Positions 13,001 through 27,516 of a stretch of 64,000 bases of DNA are shown here, piece by piece. The DNA is from Antedon mediterranea (lineage: Eukaryota > Animalia > Echinodermata): contig NC_092680.1 of assembly GCF_964355755.1 (NCBI RefSeq), forward strand, positions 15,137,045-15,201,044, in the 5' to 3' direction. The notes under the pieces are model-generated. The model had not been told where the DNA came from. It saw only the letters and a list, made by a program, of their open reading frames with translations, and did not search any database. Position 1 is the stretch's first letter; every line of letters starts with the position of its first letter. Both the position numbers and the translations under genes were made by a program.

Positions 13001-16000
13001 GTTTCTTCGATTGTATCTTTGTTACTTTGATTGACTTTCATGTAATGGTTTGAAATGGATACAATAGTCTGGGCAAACAAACATGGACAGGAATCCTGTA
13101 AAGAACAAAACCAAAAGTCTGTATTATTAGTATCCTATAGTTTTATTATACAGTAGCAACAATATAAATCTATGATCGCACATCACAGAATGGTTTTCGT
13201 ACATCTAAAAGCTCTAGTTTGTTGAAGATTGTCTTGGCCTGTATGACAGACGAATTTGTGGTGATTTGATTGAAACATTCAAACTTAGAGGGTGTAGCCA
13301 AGGAGGACTTCTTCCATATAAATACATGAGGACATCAGCTTAAACTTTTCAAACCTACAGTTTAGTCCTTTGTGAAAAGAGATTCACTTTTTCACGGGTA
13401 ATTACATATTGGAAGAGTTTGCCAACGAAGTCGTTATTTCTAAAACCACCAACAGATTTAAAAAGCGATTAGACAGATTCATTGTAGACATGCGTTTTAA
13501 AAGGCACAAACTGCATAAATTTACCAATTACATCTAAATTAAACTGACAAAAAAGTGTGACGTGCCTAAATAAGGTAGTGATATGACATCATCATGTTCA
13601 TATATGGGTACATCAAATTTGTTTTGTTACATAAATGTTGATAGTGTAGACAGAGCTTTAAAGTCACCAGCTTTACAAAACTTAACTCAAAATTTTAAAT
13701 AGCTAAACATACAATATAACCATTTGATAGAACAATTGAATAGAACGGTGCAAAAGAACAATCAGATATTAAAAATAAACTTAAAGAATTCATTATAATC
13801 CTAACATTGTCATCTTTCAATTTCACTTCTCTACTAACCTGTTGTAGCTGCTTTTCATAGCTGTCCTTCAAGTGTTTTACAAGATCATCTGAACTGGTAA
13901 ACTCAGCTAATTCTAAGAAATAAAAAAAATAAACTGACTATAGTGATTTTCTGAGTTTTAATCACTGGTTTCACAAAAAAGGCACAAATTATAAGGCATA
14001 GTTTACAATTAGCAAATGTTAGTCAGGACAGATACAGATCCTATGGGACAAGCTACAGGGTTTTCCCGCTTTCCATTCAGTGTCAATTGGCCTTTAAGCT
14101 GGGAAAGTTTTTGACAAACTATATTCATGAGTTTCTGAGTTTCTAAAGCTCTTTCCACACTATCAAACTTTATGTGACAAAAAAATCATATCACTACCAT
14201 ATTTGGACACATTACACATTTTTTTTACTGTTTGACAGTGTAGACAAGAGCTTAACAGTCTTTAATCCTGCATATTACCATAGATTTAAGATTTACTCGT
14301 TTAAACCATGCATATACAATGATGAGAAAGGAACATGAGTTATATTGTGGAAGTTTGTTCATCACAAATAGGCTCAAAATAAAATTCACTAACCACTTAA
14401 ATTAAGAGCAGGTTTGTCTTTTCGGCTGTTTTTATCTTTCCTTTCTTCTTCTTCTTTGTTTTCTAATTCATTACTTTTATTTTTCTGCATTTTTTTACTA
14501 TTTTCTAGTATTTTGTCTGTCCTGCTAGTGTTTATTCCTCCAAAACTCTTTGCTCTAATAAATGTCTTTTTCTTATTTTGTACCTGATCTGTAAAAAACC
14601 GAAAATTAGGTTAAGTTTTGTTTTATTTTAAAGTAATTATTTATAAAAATTATACTATACAAAATATTTGTTAATTAATTAAAGGATGCTATTTTCTAAA
14701 AATCAAATAAATTAATAAATTACTGTAATCTTACAGGTTTAGTCATTTTATAATAACATCCACTTGGCGACTTGCAAAGAAAATTTATCTTGTCAAGTCG
14801 ATATAAATATGAATGTCGACATAAAACCGGTCCATTATATTTTTGTTGTCATGACGATGGATATCCTGTGTTTGCTAGATTGTAAAATCATAAACAGTCG
14901 ACATAGCATTTTGATTAGTTATGCACCCTTGCACGAAGACGATCGGCCAGAGAGACAACCATGCCTACTACTAGGCTATATTAGGTCTAGCCTAGGTAAG
15001 GTGGCCTACCTAGATACTAATGGCAGTACTTACGGCCTAGTTAGAACAATTTGAATTTGAACTGTTTATTTATGGTTATATGTAGATTATTTCTTATTTT
15101 TTCTCCGTAAATAACAAATAATGAGCAATCGAAATTGATACAATGGAAATGGAAATAATGGAATAGTCTTACTTTCAATACATGCCGAAAACTTCCTATA
15201 TCCAGGTGAAGTCGGCAAGATAATCTATTTACATGTCGACACATATTTATTAGTAAGTCAACTCAGCAAAATAAACTACCTCGTCATGCAATTTTTGTGT
15301 AGTCAAGATGACATGTCGACATAATATTCATATTTATGTCGACTTGACAAGACAAATTATCTTGACAAGTCACCAAGTGGATGGCACTTAGACGCTTCAG
15401 TAGTTTTACATTTACGCTATAAATGGTTTGTTACAAAAAAGACCTTAACTCTACAAACCAAATATGTATGTAAGAAATAGGCATATGCAATTTTTACTTA
15501 CAAAATAGAATTTAAAGTACTGTATTTATAATATTACTACTGTAGTTACTGCACTATGATGCGTTGTGCAAATTGAAATTTTTGTTCGCCACAAATATAA
15601 AATTAACTTATAAATCCCATTTACTTACTAGATACCACAGTCTTTGTTTTTTCCTGAGGGTTATTAAATGAAGCAGGAAGTGTGCTTTTACCCAGAACAG
15701 CAGGGTCTTTGCAGTAAGAATCTCTTAGGTTCATCATTACATCACTAAGTCCTGTTGCCATGCCATTACTGTTGTCTCCTTGAATGCTATAGTAATAAAA
15801 AAAAAAACAACTAATGCATTAATTACTTAAATTATAACACTTTCAGAGTCAACTTTTCACAACTTTTCTTGACTGCTAGGCCAAAAACATGTAACATTTG
15901 ACAGTCAGATTCTAATCGGGAAAATGTATGAGTCTGAGAGCAATTGAGTTATACACAGTCATACACTTTATTATCAATTAGTTATCTGTTAACAGTACCT

Positions 16001-19000
16001 TGTAAGTTGAGTAATATACTGCGAGTTGACCCCAGAAGAAGGGGCAGACTTGTACCATGACTCCAACATGTAAGGCCGAAATGACCTGACATTTAACTGC
16101 TGTACACCAACTAAAGAGTCTGTTGTTTTCTCTAACATAAACATAAAACGGTAAGTAAATACATGTGCAACAATCAAGATTTCAATGCAAAATACAAGAA
16201 ATTTAGAGTAATAAACTAATTTTAGGTAAAAATTTGAAGTACACAAGTAACAATGCATCTCGGTAGAAAACATACTTGTCTACGGATACCAGATTCTGGG
16301 TTCAATCTTTGTATAATACCAATTCTACTGGGCCCAAACAGTACAAGACAAGACTTAATTTTAGAATAAATTTGTTTTTTATCTTGTACAATTTGTCAAA
16401 ATCGGATGAAGCTACTCTGTATAAGTAATTTAAGTTTTGTATCTAGGCATGGTCTACTGTGGGTGTAAATTAGTCTTCTTCTATCAGTAGTGCCATTGTT
16501 TTATGGTCGACTTTTGATGATAGAAAATTTTACAATACACCCTAGGCGCACATTCAACTGTGATGATAGAAAGTTATGAAACATCACATGGTTGACTGTT
16601 TCGATAGCAACCTCCAAATTCAAATCATTTTTTTATAAATAAAATATATTTTAACAAAACCAATTCCTACCAGTTGTTTGACTGGTCTTCACATTCTCCT
16701 CCATTGTTACACTACTTTCCACTAAGTGTGAAAGTGGGTTATATTGCGACCTAGTCTTTGTGAAAGTGATACCTGTACCAAGAATAGTTTGCTTGTTGAG
16801 GGCGTTATCTGGCCTGATAAGCCTTAGCGATGCCGACGATACTGTGAATGGTTCTAGTATACCTATGATACTAGATATCCATTCTGAGTGACAGACATCT
16901 ACAACCTACAAGGAAAGAAAGAATTATGTAGATTAAGGAGGGGATATAGACGGATATATTTTAGGTTTTATTTTTATTTTTACATAGTAATTAATATAGG
17001 CAAGTAATTGTTTTCATCATTGTTTTCAAATTGATTTACATAGATGAAAATGAAGTGTGTACAGTACAATCATGTGAATATAAGAAGCATCTCAATTGAT
17101 AAACAGACTAGAATACAGTTTACACTTTAGTATACAAATATTATACTATTGTACGTCATGTGACCCATAATTGTCTAATCAAATGACAGGAATTGATTTA
17201 GGCGTTATATAATAACCTTTAATACACTATACTTACCAGCACTTTTTTATTTGTTGCTAACTGCTTCATTAGAGCTGAGAATCTACTTGATAGTTGGACT
17301 TCATCTCCTTCATTCTTCGCTGGAATAGAATCTATCCCTAAACATGAATAGACGGATTTTGAACGTAGAAAACGTAATGGTATTCCATTCCGTACCAGTA
17401 ATCCTTGGATATTTAAAACAATTCCATCTTTTAATCCTGTAAAAGATTCTTTCTTGTTTGATGTTCTAACTAGTCCACTTCTAGTTTCTCTGGGACTGTT
17501 TTGTTCACTAGAAAAAAAAAATTAACCAAAAAATACTATCATCATCCTTATGTGAAGTATCATTGTCATTTTAATTGGATAATTTCCCATCATGTGCCAT
17601 TCAGTAATAGTAGTTCTATTGCATTTGAAAGTTCTGTTTAATGGTTCTATTGCACGGCAGAATTTCGAAACTATTGTTTGGATGTTGTGCCATGCACATT
17701 TGAGAATCAAACTGTAGTTGCACAAAATTGAAAATCTCCCTTTTTTAATGGTGTAGTAAACTAATATTATTGATTAAAGACTCAAGCAGCGGATCAATTG
17801 GATAAAGTTTATTTATTGAAATTGTAGACTATTTAAAAAAAAAGTTCTCCTTGATTAACAATACTGTCAGTGTCAATAATGTCTATGTTTATCTTGACAC
17901 AATACCTTGAAAACTGATTTGCTGCCAATGGTGTGATCTTTAAACAGCAGAGAACATCACAACCTGAAAAGATTCAATGTGTTAAGCTTAGTACAGGTAT
18001 TTGATTCTATACAAGTAAATAATAATTTTATTTTATATTGAATGAAGTAAAATTATGAATAAATGTTGAATCATGGATCATTTATAGGTTCATCCATGAC
18101 ATGAATAATCTTTCTTTTATTTGTATTTTTATTTTAATTGTTTAGTTTAACAATGCTTTACTGTACTGTGTTACACTGTATACAGTATGGTGTGTAAATT
18201 TCTGTAAAAAGTAAAAGTATAAAATTAATTACTGTATACATGTATAGATTTCTAGAGCAACAAACAAAAAAACAGGCCAAATTGTCTCAAGATACAACTG
18301 TGCATGGACATGATTCACAATATTCTGCAAAAACACTAAATATCTCAACTATTCTAACGTGTTGGATTCACAAACTGTACAGGAAATGTTTGTAATGCAA
18401 ATCAATAGTTTATAGTTTAATAAACAAATTAATTATATTCCATGACCTTTACCTTTAGTTAAAAACAATTTTGCATTAATCAGAGATTCTTGAATAATGC
18501 TACGCTTCAACAAGTTTGCCTTACAACATGTATAATCCATTATAGATGATGCAATCATACAATTAGACACTGTCTTCAAGTGTTCAAATCTTTTTACATC
18601 ATTGCTTTTCGGTATTTCTGTTGATAGCTTGTCCTTTGATTGGTTTAGGATACTTCTGATAGACGAGGTGACCTTTGAACCTGTGCTTAAGATGGCATTC
18701 AAGGGAATGAGGTGACCGTTGATAGCCGACATCATGCCTTGTACAATTTCAAAAACATGTTTGTTCCATTTGCACTAAAAGTAATACAAAATCATTAGCA
18801 TAATTATACAGTACCTTTGAAGTGCTTTACATGGACCTGATCACTAGAATGTGTGTGTGTCATTTACTTCCGCCTAGAACAATTACATCCTTGATTATTT
18901 ATCTTTTATTTTTTATTACAGCAAAATTTAAATTAAGTGCAATTATTTTGTTTGAAGAAGCACATTCAAAATGTTTAATATACAGTGTAAACAAAATGGG

Positions 19001-19868
19001 AAAGTGGATTTAAAAGAAATGCGGTAGGCTTCTATATACATTTTAATTTGATAACAATAATTAAACAAACCATTTTATAATTTGTGCTGATGACTCTGGT
19101 ATCAAACCAGATTAACTTGACGTGATGCTTCTCAAGAAAATCTGTTCGCACATCTTCATGAACAACCACATCCAATAGATCATTAGTATTTATTTCGTTG
19201 GATCTCATTTTCACAAACTCTTTTAAGTCTTCGATATTCCAAGGGCAAGCCATGAATAAAAAAGTTAAATTGGTTTTTTCTATCATCGCAAAGCTTGAAT
19301 TATTGGAATCTTTTTCCGACCGCCTGCGACTACTGCGGGACGGCGACATAATATCTGGTGCCTGCCATTGGAAGTCTTGGGCAACTTCACATAGAGCAAC
19401 TGCTAGATGATCTGCCGGTGCATAATCTTGGCTCCAAATCTTTAAACCTGGCAGTGGCGTGTTGGGTTGATGTTTTTTAGTAGTTTGATCATTATTGGAA
19501 GAACTTTCATTTTGTTTATTAATAATATTAAAGTTTTTAAATTTGTTTTTTAACTCTTCTTCAAACTTCTCAAAGTTAGTTAAATTAAAATCATGAAAGT
19601 CTCTGAGACGGTATCCAGAACAAGGCTTCAGAGAGTCAAAGAATTTATAGCCCCAACGAATCGACTTCACTTGCCCTCCACTTGTTCCTGTCAACCCTCC
19701 TCCTTCGAGGCTAACGAGACTTTGTAACATTTTAAGCGCAGACAAACTTAACGTTTTACTTAGGTCAATTGCCTTATTATCGGGTACAAAGTTATTATCT
19801 TTGTTGTTATAGGTACGGGTATCAATGAGAAATACAACCTGAAGATGTTCCCCATCATTTCCGGGCAT
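7014..19868 (-). CDS. TICRR: Treslin (TopBP1-interacting checkpoint and replication regulator), about 17 coding exons; first 19868-19071, second 18774-18453, last ~8794-7014
   Basis: The N-terminal exon has Treslin motifs VVFLIDT, RWGYKFFDS and FQWQAPDIMSP. A central helical exon (~12712-13096) reads VILQVVLQLEM. CDK sites IVKETPGK (~9950) and VIEESPVK (~9150) match the two TOPBP1-binding phosphosites. The last exon is long, disordered and S/T-P-rich. Internal exon limits are approximate. Confidence 0.88.
11194..11342. mobile_element. MITE with ~25-bp TIRs, TA-flanked, in a TICRR intron
   Basis: AAAGCTCTCTCCACACTATCAAACT ... AGTTTGATAATGTAGACAGAGCTTT, flanked by TA. Confidence 0.75.
12167..12559. 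mobile_element. Non-autonomous TTAA-targeting DNA transposon (Kolobok-like)
   Basis: TTAA|AGACACTAGACC ... GGTCTAGTGTCT|TTAA: 12-bp perfect TIR, TTAA target duplication and an AG terminus. Confidence 0.75.
14757..15383. mobile_element. MITE with ~60-bp imperfect TIRs in a TICRR intron
   Basis: CATCCACTTGGCGACTTG..TCTTGTCAAGTCGA at the left is the inverse of TCGACTTGACAAGA...CAAGTCACCAAGTGGATG at the right. Confidence 0.75.
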
Positions 19869-21048
19869 GTTTCTCAACTTGTATGTATCAATAACAGCAG
19901 GAGGAGCACAGGAACTTTAAATCAAAAAGACCACCTTCGCCATTGAACTCTTCCCGTCATGCATCAAACAAACTGTTTGTTGTGTACTGTCTGTCTCTCT
20001 CCTCCTCTGTTACACCGCGAGAAACAAAATTGATGGCGCTGTTCTAAATTCGCCCTCAGCGGTTTAACTCTCTAATTGTGCGACGGCGGCCAGTAAAATA
20101 AAATAATAAAATCGATAGCAAAATCTCATGTTTTAAACAAAATTAATCAAATCACATTCTAGAAGTATAATTCTCTTCAATATTCCACAGAACAAATTAT
20201 CATTTTCTCCTGCCATTTATTACTGTATTATCAATATACAAAATAGACTATAACTGTAGGCCTACACAAAGCCTACTTTGCATGTTCCTACAAAAATCGC
20301 ATTACAGCCTGTTATTCAATATACCCAGTTTATCATTAATTGATATTTGATTATTCACAGAGTAGTCAATTTTTAATGTTATCAGTTAAAAAAGAACAAA
20401 TTAATTATAATAGTATTTGTAATTTACCATCTTAATAGTAAAACTATATCGACAACAAACCATTAAATATCTATCAGTATAATAAATAATAGTGCCCATG
20501 ATGGGTCTAACATATTAATAAATATTCATGTTTTTTTCTTCTTGTCTGACCAATATAATAGCCTACATTGGGATTAAATCGGAGCACATTTTGCTCTTGC
20601 AACCAATGCAACAAAATGTATTAATGTGCACGTGATTTGTTACGCTTTACCAACAAAGAAACATGATTAATTTGTATTGATACACGTTATGGATATAAGA
20701 GAACATGTTTTTGCTTTTACAACCACTGCCAATACAAAGTAGTTTCAGATTGGTTCGCAAAAAAAACAACTAATAAATTCCCAAATATCAATTACCAATA
20801 AATACCGGAACGATAGATACTATTATATATTATAATTATATTTCTTTATTGCCATAAAGGATATGCATTGAAAAACACTACATGTTCGATGGTTGAACAT
20901 TAGTAGTAAACAAATATGTTAATTTTTGATTAAGAAAAAATGTCTAGAACCATCCCGGAAGAGTAAAACAAAGTGTTAAACATAATAATTTTAACATAAT
21001 TATAGAACGATTGGTCCATAACACGGAGTTTTGTCTTAATTAGTAAAA

Positions 21049-22520
21049 CTAGATGCTACGCTCGCTTCGCTCGCGTACCATCTAGGTCGTGCCCATCGGA
21101 TGGTTCTCGAATACACAGTAATTTCAGGGTAAAAAATCTGGCGATTTCAAATGCACGTACCGCAGGACTATAATACATTGTCGTTTACAGAAACGAATAA
21201 GTAGACACAATGATTTATGTAGTCAACCAAAATTAGCACCCTGGGTATTACTTCCGAAAGAGAAACTTACCACAAAATGAGTCCAAATTGTTTATTTAAA
21301 GAAACCCAATTAGGGTTGAGGGATGGGAAAGAGGATAGGTACAAAGAGGAACCATTTTTAAATATATTCTTTATCCACGTCAGTAACGAAATATTGTTTT
21401 CATTTTTTATAGGCCTATAAATAATATACCACTAACGGTGACTAAATATAGTAAAACATTTGCGATTTAATACTTTGTTAAAACTGTCACTGTCATAGTC
21501 GATTGAAATAGTAAAGTACATGTAACGATACACCACTACGACGTTTATATTTTTTGTAATTATTAATTAATGCAAACATTGAGAAGCAACTGTCAGTAAT
21601 AAAGTTTATTTGTATATTACGTGTTTATATATCTAACAGTAGAGCCTACCCATAATCACAGTAATAAAGTTTATTTGTATATATTTTTTACATCTAACAG
21701 TATTCACAGTAAGAAATGTTTGTATATATTTTTTTTACATCTATTCACAGTAAGAAATGTTCGATTCAAATGACGACCAAAAATGGTTAATAGGTATTTG
21801 CAGTACTGTATTGTCAAAGTATTGCAAGTTTATTCTCCAAGGGCTCATAAATTTACCTACTTGTGTTAAACCAAACTGGCAGACTGAGAGATTGGAATGT
21901 TCCATTCATCGCAAATCAATACATTTGTAAAAACGTAAATTAAATCTATCAAAATAGTATTTTTTAAAGAAAATCGGCCTGTCTTCAACATTATGATGCT
22001 GTACTCGAGCAGTTCAACCGGTTTTCAGCTATTAAAAACAATTATCGTAGGAGGAGATAGGAAAATGCGAAGCGTCCTCGTATTATTGTGTGCGGGTATT
22101 TTTCAAGTTGGACATCCATTAGACAGTGTATACCACGATCGGAAAACACCCCTATTTGGGGCAAATCGTTGAACCTAAATTCGTTTTAATCGTCAATAAC
22201 TAATTTTCTAACTCAATTTAATTAGTAAACAGGGTTACATCAGGTGGTTAAAATCAGTACCGAAAGTACGAACCAACTTTATATACCATCGAGTAAAAAT
22301 TCTAGTAAGTAAGCCGCGATTTACCGAATTTTGCCCTTACGTAAATTTATATATAGAAGAAAAATATTTTTGCACATAATATAACGTTTCATACGTATGC
22401 TACCTGAGCTTAGATACTCCGTCTGGCCTCTGGCACACACGGACAATTAAGTCACGTGGTTTGACACCAAATGTAAACAAATGGACCTACGTGTTTACTG
22501 TCCCGTCTTTTTATAATAGA
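21049..22520 (-). mobile_element. Non-autonomous Helitron-like element between DXO and TICRR
   Basis: The minus strand starts A|TCTATTATAAAAA (22520) and ends with the hairpin CTAGATGGTACGCGAGCGAAGCGAGCGTAGCATCTAG|T (21049). A second TCTATATATAAA start lies at ~22357. Confidence 0.6.
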
Positions 22521-22672
22521 TCTTACCTTAACCGCCTGCTATAATTTATATTTGTGTGAATCTGATTATATAAAATATAATATGTGTATACGTAAAATGA
22601 TGTATAAATATACATATAGGTTACATAATAATGTTGTAAAAAACTGATATAATAATAATAATAATAATCAAA

Positions 22673-25600
22673 TTAAACAAATTCCCTTGTATACCACTCT
22701 TGTACAAATTTATGAGATGAATTTTCCTCCAAGGTGCATGTTATCCCATTCTGATCATTAAGACGTTTAAATAAATAAACAACACTAAAAGAAAAAAAGA
22801 AAAAACCAAATAATATAACATAAAATTCAGAGGCTTTATTGATCATGTATCATCAGGGAGTTGTTAGAAACGGAGAGAGTTGGAAATAAGATATACTGTT
22901 AGTAAAACTTTAGTATAATAATATTGCTAAGCACTTGTCGCTTCAGGAAATCTGCAAATTGTATTATTTTAGGGTATTTCATGATTATTATATTTCTCGT
23001 ATAGGTCTATTTTTACAGAACATGATACACACAACTAGACTACAAAGATAATATTGGTAAGTTATTTGGCAAACTCTGACATGGATTGATAAGTAGGCCT
23101 AATATACAGAAAACCGTAAAGTTTATTGCTGAAAAACTAAACCCACCAATCATAACTAAACATGGAGATTTACCGTACTAACCATGGATCGTCTTTTATC
23201 ACTAACTTCTTTACATGCTTTAAAAAACTGTCGCAGAAATGCATACACACTTCCGGACACCAAATTTTGTTTTGCTATTTTATAAAATAAGACAGGCGTT
23301 TTTTAGTATTACAGTCAGTTGAGTTGCTTTGCGTCAGTGTGTTGAGTAATTGGTAATTAAGATGTTTGCCCTACTCTGCCATAATTTGTACTTTACTATA
23401 TACATTGAGAATACTAAAACAATTTTCGGGTGGGACTCGAACTCACGACCTCCATCACTAGCCTGGCGGTCATAGTTGGGCTCGACTCTAATCTCTAGTC
23501 AACAGTGCGCAAGCTCGGTGGTTCAGATGTATGAACACCAGGCTGTACTTAGTATAAAGTATAAATTACGTCAGAGTAGGGCAAAACATCTGACTAATTA
23601 GTGTTATTATCATCATTGTCATCGTCATATCGTCGTCATCATCGTCATCACCCTCTTCATCGTCATCATCATCATTGAAATCATTGAAAACAATCATGTT
23701 AGGACAATGTAACAACTATAAGTAAACCAAAATAATATCCAATCTTTTTAATTATACCTCCTCCTTATCTTACCTTAGCTTTTTCAGGTAATTCTATAGT
23801 TGGGTATCTCTCCACATTTTGAACAATACCTTTTTCATTTCGAAACCCAACCATTATTGTGGGAATACCTAGGAGATAGGACTGCGCCCACCACCTCGAT
23901 AATTTATACCTAAAAACACAAACAATTTGTGGGTAATTGTAATAATTTATCACAAATGTATGTTTGATGAAGTGAAGTTACAAAACTTTCAGCTACTCCT
24001 TCGGAGCACAACTTAACATTTATTAACTATTTCAGTGCAGTAACAACGACGATGGAGAAAAAAGAGAATAGAATACATACCAAAAGTAACGAGTAGAAAT
24101 TAAATACAACCATTCATTCAATAGTCATGTAGCTCTCTCTTTTAAGACAACTTACATTATCTTAAAGCAAATTAATCAACAATTTTGTTAAATATCCTTA
24201 AATAAAAATATATAAATAAACATAACAAGTGATATAGTTTCAATTTTTAGATATTAGAAAAAAAGGACAAGAGCGGTTCCAGAATTTCAGAAACGGTGGG
24301 GAGCGCTAAATTGTCTGAAGCTAAAATTTAGAAATTGAATTATAGCTCCAGCTGGCCGACCTTACCTTTTAAATTTGTTATTTTCCTTTTCATCGGTTGG
24401 GTCAAAAACTTTGTACGTTTTTAATTCCACATAATTAGATGGAGGTTGAAGCTGAACATCGGTACAGCAATCGACCTCTCCACTATACATCAGTGAGTGA
24501 TCATTTATGTCACTCTGAACAACGCTGAAGTAAGCTTCATTGTTATTTAAAGCTTCATTTGTATTCGGCGGCTCTTTACCATCAACTGTATAAATTATAT
24601 ATAAATAATTTTATATGAATTTATATTTAAAAACGTAAAATACATCTATATACTACTCAATTTTGGTTGCTTGTTTGACAGTGTTTGTCTTTCTTCATTT
24701 CTGCAAGAGAAAACTTTCTGAATTCTCTTCCTCGTTGACTCTAATTTCCAAATCTGTAAAGTTGTAAAACTGTTTCAAATAGTAGTCATTATTACGGTCA
24801 CCAAGCAAGAATGTAGACGTGGAACGACTCAGCAAGAAGCTTAAAAAGACAGACGAAAATATGAAAACGAAACGAGAAGGTAGATCACTTTCATAGACAG
24901 ATGGAATAGGAAATGATATTAAATATTACAGATATACATTTTAACAAAACATACCACTTGTCATATACTGCTCAAACTTATATCCCCAGTACGCAATTTC
25001 TTTTTCTTCACCCGACATTTTTTTCAGATAATCTTTCTTTTCCTCTGTTGCCACTTGATTTATGTAGTAAGTGCCACGGTATAACGTGACAGCCATAATC
25101 CATTCTTCTTTATTCAAATACGGTGTACACATGATTTTCGTGAAATGTCCTCGGCAACCAACAAAATCCTTATCTAAACTATTTTAAACAAGAATACAAA
25201 CTAAAATCAAGAACGTGAATGAATGATCAAAAGGACAGCCTTCTTCGCTTGCCATTTGCAATGTATGTTATAATTGGCATCATCGTGTGCCATTGATGTA
25301 CAGTGTAATGGTAGTGTACACCCACCGTACGAGAAATTGTAATTTAAAGTTAATATTTTTACATTGCATTTGGCAAAAGAATTATTGTTTTGAGCGATTT
25401 ATAATTAAACAAAGATAAATAACTTTTGTAGTCTATATTCCTGCACATTTTAACATCAGCAGTACATAATATTGGATGGAACGTAGATCAATGTCCATAC
25501 CTTTTTATTTTACTATTCGTCGGCTCTAACTTAAAAAGATCCCTCTTTTTTAAAATCCACTTCATGATGTTATCGAGTCCTTCGTTCAAATCATGTTCCT

Positions 25601-25841
25601 CAAACTGTTTGTACCCACGCCGCAAATCATAATTCATATCCTTAGTCTCGGGCGTATATAGATACATTAACATGGATTTATCATCTATCAAGAATTCACG
25701 TTTGCAATTCATTGAAAAATGTCCTATTTCTGTTGGTTTATAATCATCAATAGGGAATGGTTCATTGAACTGTGAAATTGGATGTATATTTAGTACGTCC
25801 GCACCTCCATCTGTAGATGAATCCCGGGCAGCAGTGGCCAT
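22673..25841 (-). CDS. DXO: Decapping and exoribonuclease protein (DXO/Dom3Z/Rai1 family), 6 coding exons: ~25841-25501, ~25179-24955, ~24586-24366, ~23908-23773, ~23275-23183, 22784-22673
   Basis: Family motifs CRGHFTKIMCTPY, YWGYKFEQYM, SGEVDC, YVELKT and RWWAQSYLLGIPTIMVGFR, with C-terminal FVQEWY. Catalytic E/D/E/K residues are present and junctions are GT-AG. Confidence 0.92.
23353..23600. mobile_element. Inverted-repeat element (~45-bp arms) enclosing a tRNA-derived B-box segment, in a DXO intron
   Basis: GTAATTAAGATGTTTGCCCTACTCTG..TTTGTACTTTACTA is the inverse of TAGTATAAAGTATAAATT..CAGAGTAGGGCAAAACATCT. The interior reads GGAGGTCGTGAGTTCGAGTCCCACCC on the minus strand. Confidence 0.55.
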
Positions 25842-26309
25842 TTTCTATGTTCCTAACAAAACAACAGCAGTTTTATCTGGTAGGTATACTGTAAAACCTT
25901 TTATTTTTTAAAACTCTTGTTTTCAAGATGGGCGACTTCTCGAAATGAATGCTGTAAATATTATGAATTGCTACTACAATATTAGGAGTTCGGGAGCCTC
26001 CCTGTCAATTTTTTAAATATTTTCCAATGAAGCAGACAAGAAGAAACAAGATGCAATCAACGTACCATTTGGAAATCAATAAACAGTAAATAAATGTATG
26101 GGGCTTGGTTGCTGATGATTGCAATGTCATTAATATATTGATAAATGATGATAAAGACGATCATATTATCATCAGTCAGTAACACGTATCTGGCATTAAA
26201 TCACCCAATTAACCATGTATTTGTATTGTCTATTTCTATTTTTATTCCCATACTATCTTGTAACGTGTGCTTGATTTCGAGATGGATTTCTTTTTTTAGT
26301 TTTACGGAA

Positions 26310-27058
26310 TTTATTTTTTTTATATTTATTTATTCAATTTCTGCCATAAACATAAGAAGACAAAACAATTATAAAAAGAGGCACGGAAAGACAGGTGCTA
26401 AACACCTATGCTAATTGGTCAACCCAGAACAGAGAAAAATAAATAAATTACGTTCTACAATAAAAGCATCGACAAGAAAGCGACAAACTACACACATTTT
26501 CAATATCAAAATTATTTGAAAAATAATATTGAGATAATTAAGTAATTTGGTTTTAAAAGAACTAACAGAAATATTTATGTTGCGGATTTCACTGGGTAAG
26601 TTATTCCAAATTCTGGTAACACGTGGGATATATGATTGAAAAGAAGATTCAGTTCTGAAGCGACGAATATCAAAAAGAGTACCAACAGAAGAAGAGCTAC
26701 GAGTAACACGTTGTGGATTACGAATATTAAATAAATTGTCGGTATTAAATATATTAGAATTGACAATCTTAAAGAGAAAAACGATATCAGTAAAGTGACG
26801 CCTATAACATAATGGTAGTAAATTGCATGTTTGAAGTCTGCATTTGTAATCAGCTTCAAAATTATTTAAAATAAATTTAGTTGCTCTACGCTGAACTCCC
26901 TCAAGTTGTCTTATATAAGTTTTGTAATTGGGAGACCAGACAGTAGAGCAGTATTCAAGGTAACTACGAACAATACTTAAATAAAGAGACCGTTTTACAT
27001 GTGAATTACAATGGAAACTAACACGTTTAACCAGGCCTACATCATTTCTCAAGCCCAT
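26310..27058 (-). mobile_element. 5'-truncated CR1-group LINE: ORF2 C-terminus plus 3' UTR and A-rich tail
   Basis: LYLSIVRSYLEYCSTVWSP...LEGVQRRATKFI...RVTRIWNNLP. The minus-strand tail is AATAAATAAATATAAAAAAAATAAA. Confidence 0.88.
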
Positions 27059-27516
27059 ACGTCGTTTTTACCCCTCTATTCAAATTGAGCTAGATAATTT
27101 TGTAAATAATTTTAAATGAGCTTATTTTAACAAACCTTTTAAGTTTTCTTCTTGACGAAGTAAATAGGCAAAATATAATGGTAGTACAGTAGGCCTAGTC
27201 CAAACAAAAAATGAATGCGGTTACCAATGATGATGCAAACAATTTATATTCGGTTTGTTAAAAGATGCATACATAATTGTACCTTTGGAAAATATTTTCG
27301 ATTTAAAATAACAATCAAACGAGAAATATACCACACAGGAGAGGAGAAAAATCCTTGAACCTATAGGCATTTAATGATTTTTGATTAGCACACGGTTCGA
27401 TATGTTTTTACAATAGTGTTATTATTAGATGTTATTGTAATCTGGTATTTATTGTCTATCTCCTGGTTCTTTCTCTGCAGTCTCTCCTGAGTGAGAGTCA
27501 AAGTGAGAGTGTTTAA

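Noticed and set aside
19869-19877. TTG start for TICRR as given in the ORF track
   Set aside because: An in-frame ATG at 19868 lies just before the conserved N-terminal strand, so no non-AUG start is needed.
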